A stretch of DNA of 55,668 nucleotides from Elsinoe ampelina (taxonomy: Eukaryota). A program made the position numbers and the translations under genes. The stretch's first letter is position 1. The number at the start of each line of letters is the position of its first letter. The notes under the pieces are model-generated. The model was given only the letters and a program-made list of their open reading frames with translations. It ran no database searches and was not told the origin of the DNA. Positions 1 through 12,699 of this stretch are shown piece after piece. The stretch covers positions 62,001-117,668 of the forward strand of contig ML992503.1 in assembly GCA_010093995.1 (NCBI GenBank), read 5' to 3'.

Positions 1-3000
1 TAAGCCTTAAGGAGAGATACGTAAAAGGTTAAGTAGATTAATTTTATATATACTAGAAGATTAAGTTAGTATACTTAGTAGCCTACTATCTTAGCGATAG
101 TAAATAGACCTATAAACTTCGCTACTAGCTTCTTCTTTAGCTAGAGAGACTAGAGGTTCTTAGTACTTAGTATAACTTCTTAGTCTTTCTTAAACCTTAT
201 TAGCTAGTACTTCTTATTATAGTACACCTTCTACTACGTAATAGTGTTAAGCCTATACTACTTAAGTTCTTCTCTTATGTCTTATAGAGCCTTTACTCTT
301 ACTTCTACTACTAGTGCTTCTAGTAGTTATAGAGCTACCTTCTTCTCTATAGCGTTAGTCTTAACGTTATTAGAGAGATATAGAACTATTCTATAAATAT
401 AGCAAAGTAGGCTTACCTCTAGCGACGCGCTATAGAAGCTATTATAGGCAAACTCGGCCTAATATAGCTAGTATAGCTAGTTATCTTAGTAGAAATTAAT
501 AAACACCCTTAGGTACTATTTAATTATCTAGTTCTACCTCTCTATAGCGCTATTAGTTTAAGAGTAGAACACTATTAAGAGGCGTCTCTAGACCTTCTAT
601 CTCTAGTAGAGAAACGTCTAAAATTTAGACTTAAATAGAGTACCTCTATTAGTAATCTAGCTTCTTAAGAACCTATAGCGACTAAGAATCTCTCTCTCTA
701 TAATATTAGCTAACTCTCGGGCCTTTATATCTTTTCTTACTAGAACGTATCTAACATATTTAGATACTCTATCTACTAGCACTAAAATTAAATTAGTAAT
801 AGAGCTCTATTAGTCCTTTGCTAGAGGTAAATTAGTAATAAAGTCTATTAACTAATACTAGAGTACTTCTCTAATAGAGAGTAATCTTAGAGCCTATATT
901 TTACTATAGAGCTAATGTCGAGGAACCTTTATTCTTTAGTACTTATTATAGTAATTTACATATCTAGTAACATCTATTGTTATACCTTTCTAATAGTACT
1001 TCTACTTTAGTATAAAGAGTATCTTTTCTATTTCGAGGTAGCTTACTATTAGATTATTATAATTCCTATAGAGTATCTCTATAGTTAGTATTTTTATAGC
1101 TAGGATAAAGACTTTATCTTAAAATAGTAGAACGCTATTGTCTTACTATCTTTAGCTTTCTCTCTTAGTAGTCTCTCTTTCTTTAGGATTACTAAGACGC
1201 TTTAGCGTTGTCTCTACTATAGTATCTCGCCGCTATAGCCTCTTTACTAGGCTAAGTAGCCTTAGTAGCGCCTCTTTATATATATTGTCTTCTTTCGTAG
1301 CTATTGCGTATAGATGTCTAGAGCTAGTAAGTTCTCTATAATCTCTCTATAATCTCTTTACTATAGTTATCTATAGGGAATAGCAAAAGGAACTACTTAC
1401 CTCTAGGGGAGTAAACCTACTATCTTTACCCTTATAGAGAGCTATCTTAGCTTCCGCGTCTATATCTAGTATCTCGCCTTAGGCTATAATACTCTCTTAG
1501 GTATCTTTAGATCTCCTAGTATACTCTACTTTACTATACTATCTCGGCAAGGAATCCTTAGTAACTACTAAGTTTATATCTAGTATTTTACTCTATACGT
1601 CTTAGGTTAACTTAACTTACTTAGCTACTATTATAGCGTTAAGGAGAAGACGTCTCTCTAGCCTCTTATATAAGTCTCTTAGAACCTATAGGTATAAGTC
1701 TACCTTAGCTTACTTATCTCTAGTATCTAGGTCTAGTCTCCTTAATAGTCCGTTAGTAGAATTAAGCTTCCCCGAGTTATAGGTAATCTAGATATTATAT
1801 TATAATAGCTCTTTACTAATATAGGTCTATCGAGCTAAGAGTATCTTAGTTATTAAGAAGTATTTTAGGTTATTATAATTTATAAATATAGTAGTAGTAG
1901 AAGAAATAGAAAAGAGATACTACTACTAGTAGCGTACTACCTTAAGGATAGTAAGTAGCTCTTAGTTATATATAGGCTAGTTTAACTCTACTCTCTATAG
2001 TTTCTACAAATAGTATATAATAGAGTACTATTAAACTACCTTCTCTCTATCGTTACTAAATAGTTATATAGCAATTCCGGAGATAGTAAATCTAGAGGAG
2101 TTAGTATATATTCTTATATCTTTACTTTTGTCGAAAAACTATAGAAGAGAAGTAGTTATAAAGTAGTCTTTAAAATGTTAGAATAATTGTCTAGTACTAT
2201 TAGTAAAGTAGAAAGGACCTATCTATTTTCTATCTTTACTCTCTATAAGTAGTTACGTTATAGGTCTTATTATCTCTATATAGCTATTAATAAACCGTTA
2301 GTAAAAGTTTATAAATCTAAGAAAGATCTAGAGTTCTTTTAGAGAAGTAAGTTCTAGCTAGTCTATAATAGCTTAAACTCTCTAGAGCTCTATCGAGACA
2401 CTCTCGAGGCCTAGAATATATCTTAGAAACTATACTTTCTTAACTTTAAAGGCGTACTTAGAAGCCTCTATAAAAAGAAGATACTTTCTAAGTTATACTA
2501 GAACTTCTTTAATATACCTACGGTGCTATAATAGATCTTAGGAGTAGATAAGAATATTATCTATATAGATAATATAGTAGTAGTTAACTAAGCTATTAAG
2601 GTATTAGCTAATATATAACTAGAAGGTAGTAGGAGTATTTATAAGGCTAAAAGGTATAACTACGTATTTAAAATATCTATATCTATATCGGAACGCTATC
2701 TTCTATTCGTTACCTCTCTTAATCTAGATATAGTAGTATACGTCTCTAAGATCTATTTTTAAGTACACCTTAGCTCTCTAGATTCTATCGAGCATCTTAG
2801 TAATAAGAGGCAAAGAGTAGTAGTTCTTTACTAAGACGTTATTAAGACCTTAGTAGTCGACGTAGAGACGTAGCAACTTATTAGCCTTAGGTATAAAGAG
2901 GATAGAAGCCTCTACGGGGCTAGTAGAGTAGTAAATATAGCCTAGCTTTAAATTCTTAGCTAGGTACTCTCTAAGAGTACTTAGCTCTATCTCTATAAGA

Positions 3001-5022
3001 GCGTAAATAGGTCTCTATAGAGGTTACTTCTCTTCGATAAGTTCGATTAAGTAGTTATATAGCGCTAGAGAGAGTATAGTAATAGCTTTCTTATTGTTAA
3101 ATATATCTAAGAAGTTATAGAGCTAGCTCGGAAGTCTACTCTATAACGTTAGAGTATTATCTTTATAAATTACATTTAAGAAAACTATATAGTACTATAG
3201 CTACTCTAACATTTCCTTAGTAAATTCTTCTACTATTAGGAGCGTTATATTAACGCTAGTAGAGTAATATCTCTACCTCTAGCTTTGCTAGTTAATGTCT
3301 AGGTTAATACTAAAGAGCTATATCTAGCCTAGTACTAAGTTATATCTCTTTATCTCTACCGACTCGAAGCGCTATTAAACCTCCTTTATAATGCTATAGT
3401 AGTTAGTAGCTTCTACTATAAGATAGTAGTATCTATATAAGCGTATCTCGTACTAGTTAAGGGACTTTACTCTTATTACGCTATTAGTACATAGGTAAAC
3501 TTCTTTCTCCTTTACGTAATAGTAGTTAATAAAATAAATATTAGCCCCTAAATCTATAAGAGATATAGCTATATAATTGGTAGATAGAGCTCTACCTTCC
3601 TAACTAAGGTAAATGTCTATCCTTAGTTAGCTTAGTAGCGGACCTTCTTTAGATACTCCTAGCTATATAGAGATAAGATCTATAGCTAGAGTATTTAGTT
3701 TTTTATCTTATTATAAGGGTAGTTAGAGTAGATATAGCTAGGTTACTTATACCTATAGTACTTTACCTCTAAGAGGTCGAGGTAATAGAGTATTAGAGTT
3801 ATATTAACTCTAGACATAGAGTTTTTAAACCTTCTTTTTTTCTTATTTTTGTTATTCTAGAATTTCTAGTTGTCTCTCTTTAGCTTATCTATAAAGTAGT
3901 AAGAGATATATATTATCTCGGAGATAGCTTAGCTCCTAAATATACTCTTAATATAAGTAAAGTAGGAGATAGCCTTGTCTTTGCCTCTTAGAGAGTCTTA
4001 GAGCGCTATATAGCTCTATTAATACGTAGGCTTTACGCCGTTAACGAGGTAGCTTATAAACTAAGCCTTATCTATAGTAGTGTTACTAATTTCCTTAGCG
4101 TACTCTTCGAGGTATTAGGCAAACTTAGCGACTAATTAGTTTAACCTCTAAGCACTATTATAGAATAGTTAAGTATATTTTAGAGCTTAGTTACTCTTAT
4201 CTATAATACGATCTTTAATCTATTCTTAAAAGTAGCTCTAGTTCTTAGCCTAAGGTCCTATATTATTAATATAGCTCTCCTATATCGCGGCGAGAGATCT
4301 ATCTAGATAGCTAGCTATAAACTAGACTCGATCTTTACTAGTAAGATAAATATACTTATAGACCCTAAAGATAGCGTAGTATAATTAGATAAACGCCTTT
4401 ATATTAGCGAGGTATATATATCTCTTTAGTTTCTCTAGTACCTCTAGCTTTTATACTTTCTTAAGGTTAATCTAAAGGGAAAGTATCTCTAGAGAGATAT
4501 CTAGATTAGAAGTTCCTTAAGAGATACTATCTCGGTATAACTAATTATTATTATTAGACTTCTCTTACTACTCCTATATATCGATATAAGTTCTCTTTTA
4601 AAGAGGTCCTTTATACTTAATTATAAAAGCTCTCTAGATCTCTATATACTCTCTATTCTAGCGGAGTTAAGCTAGCTCTTCTTAGGTAGTATATAGCTCC
4701 TCCTTAGATATATTAGAGGAGATAAGTTTCGATTAAGTAGCTTCTACCGAGCTAGTAGATATAGCATCTATAGTAGATAATCTATCGGTCCTTTATTAAG
4801 CTAACTACGTTAAGACTATCGGCCTAGGCTATCTTAACTATAGTTTTAGAAGGAATTTAAATTGTAATAGAGTATCTAGATAGAGTAGGTATAATGTCTC
4901 TAGAATAGAGAAGCGATAGAGGAGAAGTATACACTATATAAATATAATAATAAATTCCTAACCTCTCTATAGAAGGTTAAGAACTACTACTATATATACT
5001 ATATAGAATTATAGCCGGAACA
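1..5022 (-). mobile_element. RIP-degraded Ty3/Gypsy LTR retrotransposon 1 (3' end runs off the window)
   Basis: AT-rich, TpA-rich and CpA/TpG-depleted. Minus-strand translation gives YIDNILIYS at ~2541-2567 (RIPped YxDD RT motif) and KKLVAKFIGLF...FYVSLL at ~5-140 (RIPped post-integrase GPF/Y motif). Domain order on - is gag-PR-RT-RH-IN. Confidence 0.85.
4863..5022 (-). repeat. Candidate 5' LTR of Gypsy element 1
   Basis: 160-bp segment bounded by TGT...ACA immediately upstream of the gag region. The partner LTR lies outside the window, so this is unconfirmed. Confidence 0.45.
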
Positions 5023-5479
5023 ATGTATCTCTAACGTCTATCTACTAGCTATAAGTTTATAGTTCCTATTATAATAGTAGTTAATAAGATTATATATACT
5101 AACTTTCTTAAGGCCTATTTAAATATTTATAACTCTACTTTTAACTTCTTTAGTTAGATTAACGCCTTTAAATTAGCTAGTATTTAACCTCTCGATCTAA
5201 GCTATATACTTAACTACCTTAGCTAGCTTACTTCTTTATTATTATAACCTTATAAGAATAGCTCTCTACTAGAGACTACTCTCTTTATACTTTATAAGAC
5301 GCTACGCTCGAACTGTTACTTTAATTACTATCTCTACTAGCTATAGTAACTCGATTAAAGCCTTATAGAGGAGATATAGGAGAAGCTAAAGAAGAAGCTA
5401 GAACAATTACTAAGTACTAATACTCTTTTAATAAAGAGAATAAGTAATTTAGAGAAGTAAGTAAAGACAAAGAAGAAGT

Positions 5480-5683
5480 TAATTACAACTAGTAAGATAA
5501 AGAGGTTAATTATATCTATTCGTTAAGATATTAAGACTTAGAAGAAGAAGAAGAAAAGCTAGTATATAAAGCATATATAATATCGAGAGTAAAGCGGCCG
5601 AAAGTCTAAGTTATAATACTAAAATTACGTAACTAATCTAAACTAGATTCTAACTAAATCTAGTTTATATCTATCTTATATTA
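5480..5683 (-). repeat. 3' LTR of element 2
   Basis: Ungapped direct repeat of 11465-11668, adjacent to the PPT. Confidence 0.95.
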
Positions 5684-8600
5684 CTACTTTCCTTCTTAAG
5701 CGCGTTTACTCTTAAATACTATTATATATTATTTATTAATCTATTTCGGCCTTAGCTTATCCGTATAAGAGTCTAGATAGTTATATAGCACTTCGGCTAG
5801 TCCTTTAAGATTGTTAATTAGCTACTAGGTAAGATTCTCTAGATAGCTCTTCTAGCTTATATAAGTAACTAGCTTCTCTTATAGTAAGTATATATTAATT
5901 ATGTTATTTACCTTATACTTTTCCTTACTATTAATCTCTACTAGAGGTAGTTTCTTAAAGGCTTAGCCTAGTAGAGAGTTATTTAGATACTTAGTAAGGA
6001 GGTTAGCGTAGAATACGGAGTAAATCCTTTATAGTATAGCTAGTAGATCGAGCTTATATACTAATAGTAACTACTTTTTAAGGATTTTATAAGGACTAAT
6101 ATACTTTAGTAGTAGCTTTAGATTGCCTTATAGCTAGAGGTTCTTCGTTAATAGCTAAACTAAATTGCCTACCTTAAACTCTATTAGCTAGTAGTACTTA
6201 TTAGCTTATTCTACTATCCTTAATTAGGCAATAGCGAGGTTAGCCTTAGTAATAGCTAGTGCCTCTTCTAGTTGCTTAGTAAGTACGTAGATATCTACCT
6301 TATTTAGCTTAGCTCTTGTTAATAGCGCGTTAGAAGAGAGCTAGAAGCTTAGCTTTAGCTTATATCCTCTAGTAACCTCGAACGGTAATAGCTTAGTACT
6401 CTCTAATAGGTTAATATTAGTAGAGAATTCTACTACTAGTAGAACAAGTGTCTAATTACTAAAACGTGTAGCGTACGAATAAATAACTTACTTAAACTTA
6501 CAATTTATAACCTCTAATTAGCTATCTATTTATAGATACTCTATAGTAGATAGTTTAGTAGTAATCTTTAGGATTTAGTAGAGCCTCTTCTATACGTCGC
6601 TAACGAACTAAGGGCCGTAGTCCGAGGTAATACTATCTAGTAGACTATATAGTTTCTATACGTAGAAGAATAATAGCTTAGTAGTCTTAAACGCTAAAGT
6701 ACTATCTTCTCTAGAGAAGTATAAAATTAAGTACTATTCCTTAGATAGATAGTTAACGACATAGAGTACTATGTTATAGCTATCTACTAGAGATAGACTA
6801 GTAACAAAGTCTATAGTAATATATTACTATAGTCTTACCGGAATAGGTAATAGCGATAGAAGGCTAGCTAGTAAGCTATAGTAAGCCTTTAAGCGCTTAT
6901 AGTTATAATAGTTAGTAACGAACCTCTTAACGTTACTATTATATCTAGAGATATAAAAAGTAGACTTAATTATAGTAGCTGTTTTAGTAGCTCCTTCGTG
7001 TATATAATTCTTTAATATATAGACTTCTTAGATAACCTTTATAGCTATAGAGAAAGGTATAATTAGTTAGCTATCGGCCTATAGTATTCCCTTTTTAATC
7101 GTAATATTAGTTAATAGCAACTATTTCCTCTTTAGGAAGGCTTCTATTATATAGTAAATGCTATAAACTAACTTAAAGTTAGAGTCTTATAAGTTAGCTC
7201 TAGCTACTTTATTAAACAGTAGTAAAGATAGCTCTTCTAATGCTAAGATAAGTACTATATAGATGTCTAGCTTATAAGCCGAAATAGATAGTAAACTAGT
7301 TTATAAACTAGATGCTGAACTAGATCTTAGTTTAGCTTAAATTAGTAATTTAGTTTAGATACGACCTAGATTTAGTTCGTCGATAATACGCTAATCTAGC
7401 ACCTTATATAGTAATAGCGTCTAGTATAGATTAGAGTCTTCCTTTAAGTATAGTACGTCTCTATTCCTTCTTATAAGTACGTTAGCCTTACTATTAGCGG
7501 CGCTAGGCCTATATATAATCTTAAAGTTAAATTATATAAGGTAGAGAGCCTAGCACACTTAGTAGCGTAACAGCTTCTAAGTCTTTATAAAGTGTATTAA
7601 GGATTAGTAGTTAGTAAGAATATAGATAGCCTTATTAGATTAAGTACTTATAAGCTTAAGAGCCTACTCCTCGAAGGCTTAGATAATAGCTAGTAGTTCC
7701 TTATTATAGATAGTATAGTTACGTTCGGCTTTATTTATAGATTTACTAAAAAAGGTAATAGGCTAGAGAATATTAGACTTGTTATATTATAATAGAATTC
7801 TAGTAGTAGTAGTGTCGGAGGTATCTATCTTAAGGACTATCTATTTCGAGCGATTAAAGTGTATAAGGATAGGCGCGCTTATAATAGTATACTTTATATA
7901 ATTAAACATAGTAGTACACTTATCGTTCTATAGTATAGCGTCCTTCTTAAGTAGATTATTTAGCGGCTTAGCGATAGTACTAAATCCCTTAATAAAGTAA
8001 TAATAGTAGCTATAGAAGCTAATAAAGCTTCTTACCTAAGTAGTGTTACTAGAGGCTAGCTATTTCTACGCTTATATAGCTTCTACCTTCTTAGAATCTA
8101 TCTTAACTCTATCTCGGCTAATAATAATACTAAGGTACTTTACCTCTATTAGGTAGAACTTACTCTTCTTAATATTAGTATTTAGGCCTAATTTATAGAG
8201 CCTTTAGAGCACTAACTTAATATACTTAGTATGTTCTTAGTAAGAGCCGTTAGTATAGATAAGAATATTATTAAGATAGATTAATACGAAGCGCTCTAGT
8301 ATATCGACGAAGTTATAATTTATAAATCTCTACTATATAGTAGAGGCGTTAGTAAGGCCGAATAGTATTACTAGCTACTTAAAATTTCCTATGTGTATAA
8401 AGAACATAGTAAGGTCCTTACTATCGACGGAGTTATAAAGGCAGTAGAAGACTTAGTAGATATTAATCTTGCTAAACTACTTAGCTTTACTTACACGTAT
8501 AAGTGTTTCTTTAATAAGAGGTAATAGATAGATATCTCGCTTAGTTACCTTATTAAGGCTATAGTAATTAACGTAAAGACAGAGACTACTACTTAGCTTA

Positions 8601-11464
8601 TAAATAAAGAGAATAGGTAAGAAATAGCTAGCCGAGCTTAGTATAATAAAGCCTTTATTAAGGTACTTATAGATAAATAGCTCTACTATATCGAGCTTCT
8701 CTAGTAATAGATAGTAAAGAGGTTTAGTACGTAGTAGTTTAGCTCTATTCTTAAGTGTAATTTAATTGTTAAAATCTAGCCGATATAGAGAAAGCGTATT
8801 AGATTACTCTTTAGAGAAGATATTAGTAAACTCTCGTAGCTCCTCTAGGAGAACTACTATAGAGTCTAGTTCTAGCTTAGAGGCTATCTAGTAGTAGTTC
8901 TTAATATTCTTTACCAAGATTATAAACACCTTATTCTTTTAGTATTTAGCTACTAATACAAAGGTAGCGGCGCTAATAAAAGCGATAGTTAGCTCTTCTT
9001 ACTTAGTGTTACTTATATAGGTAAGTATATAGAAGAACTTATACATTAACTAAGTACTATAAGAGATTAGCTTAAACTCTCTCTAATTTAGCTTAAAGTT
9101 CGACCTAAAAGCTAGTAGTTAATATAGTCTAGTTCGTCCTAACTTAGTAGCTAAGCTAGAATCTAGTTTATAAGTTAAACTAGAACTAAACTAGTTCTAA
9201 ACTAGAGTAGTAGCTTTGCTAAGTTAGATTCCTAGATCCGAGCTAGGCTTAGACCTAGATTCTAGCCTTTTAATTAGCTATAGTAGCTCCTACTTAACAA
9301 CGACTAGTAAAAACTCTTCTTTGTATATAACTTAGCTATGCTTATAGTCGATAGTAGCCCTATTAGTCTTAAGCTAGCTAAGGCTAAGAATAATATTAAA
9401 ATAGCTAATATCTATAATATAGAAGGTAGTAAGAGCGTTTAGCTTACTAGAGATAGTAGTAGTAAAGAGAATACTATAAGTAACTTACTCTATTAGAATA
9501 CTATTATAAGCCTAAAGCTAAATAGAGCTAGCTAATACTACGGGGTAGCCGAAGCTCTTTAGCTTATTAAGGATATTATAATTAACTACGGCGCTAATAA
9601 GCGTGCTAGTATTAATAAAGGCTTAAAGCGTAATAGTATAAGAGTAGTTATAAGAGTCGTAAATAGTAATAGAAGTTATAATAGCGAGGATGTAGTAGCT
9701 AACGATACTATTTAATAACTATATACCTTCGGATCTATCTTAAATTACTCTTATTCTACTAGAGAATAGAGCTTATCCTTTAGCTACTTATTTCTCTAGC
9801 TAGAGAGGTTAGTAGACTTATAGTCTACTTTAGAGTTAAACTAAGGCTAAACTAGATTTAGTTTATAACTCGAACTAGTATTAACTTAGTTACTTAATTT
9901 AGCTAAGTAGTTCTAGAGCTATTATATCTCTTCTATAGCGCTAATATATATAGGGCGTATAGTAGCGTAAGTAGCCTTCTCTAAGGCGCTAGCTATATAC
10001 TTAGTAGAGATATAGCTAGGCTTACTACATGCGTAATAGGTAAGTATTAGAGCCGAATAGAAAGGCTATAGAGCTCCTCTAGTAATAGAGTAAAAGGTAG
10101 CTAAAGTAGTAGGTATAAAGGTAAAATAAGATATATAGATTAGTACTATAGTAGCGCGGCTTATAGCTAGGCTAGAGCGTAAGGCCTAAGTATACTTAGT
10201 AATAAGGTTACTCTATTAAATATTATAGTTAGTAGCGTAAGCCTTTATAATAAAGATAAAGAGACTATTAGTGTCGAAATTGACAAGGGCGGTATATAGC
10301 TTACTAGATATCTTCTAGTAGAGCTAGTAGAGTTATTTATCTTTAGTAATCTTAGCGTAGAGAGCGTACTTGTTAAACTTACTAATAAAGGAGTTAAAAG
10401 AAGTATTATACTAAAAGAGACTAGCGAACTAAGTGCGCGTAGTAGCCTTATAGTTAGAGTCTTTAAAGCGCTAGGCTAAGATACTAAGAGTAGCTTTAAT
10501 ATTAAGAGTGTTATTACTAGCAGAGTCTATAATAAGGATATATACTTCGCTAGAGAGATACAAATAGAGATAGGCAAACTAAGTAGCCTTAGTAGAGAAG
10601 TAGTTAGTGTTAGCACGTATCTTGTTCTTTATCTAGTGCTTAAAAACCTTAAACTATTCTAGAGTACTACTAGAGAAGATAGTAAGGTCTAGTATCTTTT
10701 TAAATAATATAGTACTATATATAGAGAAAGTAGGTATAGCGTGTCCTATCTCGGCTCTTAGCTAGGCTAGTTCGGCCTTAAGTTTACTAATATCTATAAG
10801 ATAGTGCGTAGTTTAGATAGTAAGATTATTAGTAGTGCTATTAGTAGTATCTAGTTCTACTAGAGCGTTATCTAACTAGTTATATAGATTAAGAGCGTTA
10901 GTATATACTAAGTTATATATAGTAACCTATTTGTTATAGGTAGACTTAATAAAGATAAAGGCCTTACGTAGAGTAGTTATTCTATCTATCTCTTATAGCC
11001 TCTTCTTAAGGTTAGTGTTACTAAGGCGAATAAGGTTATAATAGGCTAACTAGACTAGTTTATCGTTATTATTAGTAGAGAGTAGAGGGATCTTACTTAC
11101 GTAGTAATTATCTTCGCTATAGTTAGAGTAAGCTATACTTAGCATAGTTAGTCGTAGATAAATAGTATAAAAAGTTAATACGTAACAAAGGAAATATTAA
11201 AATTTTTTAGCTAGTAGCCTACTTCCTTTAGAAGTTGTCTATAACTCGACTTATTACCTTCTTCTTATATCTTCGAGGTTTATAGTATTAACCTATATAG
11301 TAGTAGCGAGGATCTATTATAATGTACATAGGAACTATAGTTGTAATAGCTTCTTCTTTAATTCTTTATAAGTAGTAGTTATTAGTAGTTACGTAAGTAG
11401 TAGAATAACTAGATAATTTAATAGCTCTATTACTTAGTCGTAGTTGTATAAAGTCTCGATATAG

Positions 11465-11668
11465 TAATTACAACTAGTAAGATAAAGAGATTAATTGTGT
11501 CTATTTATTAAAATATTAAGACTTAGAAGAAGAAGAAGAAAAGCTAGTATATAAAGCATATATAATATTAAGAGCGAAGCAGCTAGAAGCCTAGGCTATA
11601 ATACTAAGATTATATAACTAATCTAAACTAGATCCTAACTAAATCTAGTTTATATCTATCTTATATTA
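11465..11668 (-). repeat. 5' LTR of element 2
   Basis: Ungapped direct repeat of 5480-5683, followed by TSD GAAGT. Confidence 0.95.
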
Positions 11669-12500
11669 GAAGTAGCTAAGAAGTACTATAAAGATAAACG
11701 CTTAAGTACTTAAAGTTAAAGAACTAATAAAGAAGTACTAGTAATTAGAGTAACTCTACTAGCTTAAGGAAGCTATATACTAAGCTTATATTAATTATTA
11801 AGGTACTTATAAAGAGCTTATAAACTATAAGTCTCTTCTTAGCTATTAAGATCTATAAACTAAAGCTACTATTACTACTTATAAGTAGCTTAGAGAGTAA
11901 TACCTTACTATAGTTTATAGGCGTAATAAGTTTAAAAAGAGTATTAATTTAGCCTCTTAATCTAGTACTTAATCTAGTGCTTAATCTAGTACTTAATCGA
12001 TAGAGAGGCTAGCTAAAAAGAGGCAGTATATAAACTCTTCTATAAACTCCTTATACTAATCTTTACCTTCTTTATTATAACCTTCTCTAGTACTACTGTC
12101 TTTTATTATACCTCTCTAGCCTTAATAGTCTCTAGTCTTTTCTTTCTTCTTTCTAGTACTACCTTTTATACTATTACTACTCTCTCTAGTAATACTAGCT
12201 TATTCTTTAGCCTTACTAACTCCTCTCCCTTTGATTTTATAACTCTTACCTTAGTTGTAAAGAGCTTAGAGACTACTATAGAAAGTAGTTAGCTAGAGTA
12301 CTTAGAGTACTTAGCCTTTAAGTACTTAGCTATTAAGCACTTAAAGCACTTAGCTTCTAGAAGTGCTAGATAGTTAAGAGTCACAAATAACGCCTTTGTA
12401 CAATAGCTAGTAGTAGATTAAGCCTATTATACCTTTTTTAAGCTTCAATTTCAAGCCTCTAAAGAGCAAGCCTATACTACCTTTTTCTAGCTTTAAGTCT
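11669..12500. mobile_element. Unidentified RIPped repeat (continuous with 5023-5479, the target of element 2)
   Basis: RIP-type composition on both sides of the element 2 TSD. No recognisable protein motif. RIP signal fades at ~12380-12520. Confidence 0.5.
11956..11998. repeat. 12-bp tandem repeat (CTTAATCTAGTR x3.6)
   Basis: Read directly from the sequence. Confidence 0.9.
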
Positions 12501-12699
12501 TCAAGCCTCAAGAAGAAACAGCACAGGGCTTTCAGCCCGCCAAGATGTGTTCAGCCCCGCCAAAAAGACGCCTTTTTGCATACGCTAACGGGCGGCTGGC
12601 CCTATCTCGATCTGGAAGGTGCTCGGAGGGGGGTAACGCTCGTAAGTACCTCTGTGACGTTATCAAGGTCATTTCGCTCTCCGGGTATCATAAACGTGA

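Larger units (their letters stand above)
5480..11668 (-). mobile_element. Full-length RIP-degraded Ty3/Gypsy chromovirus (element 2)
   Basis: Two 204-bp direct LTRs and a 5-bp TSD GAAGT (5475-5479, 11669-11673). Polypurine tract on - at ~5684-5697. RT motif YLNNILIYT (RIPped YLDD) at 8267-8278. Chromodomain VEINSKEKYKVNNII...*KSY...T* (= VEIDGEEEYEVDDII...WKGY...TW) at ~5810-5945. Confidence 0.95.

Noticed and set aside
5480..11668. Repeats as CRISPR array or satellite
   Set aside because: These are eukaryotic LTRs with a TSD, with no repeat-spacer periodicity.
12586..12597. 11-mer AACGGGCGGCT shared with ~53949-53959, near both island edges (possible large-element termini)
   Set aside because: An 11-bp match is expected by chance in 55 kb. 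There is no TSD and no tyrosine-recombinase captain gene, and both ends hold housekeeping genes, so a Starship-like element is unsupported.
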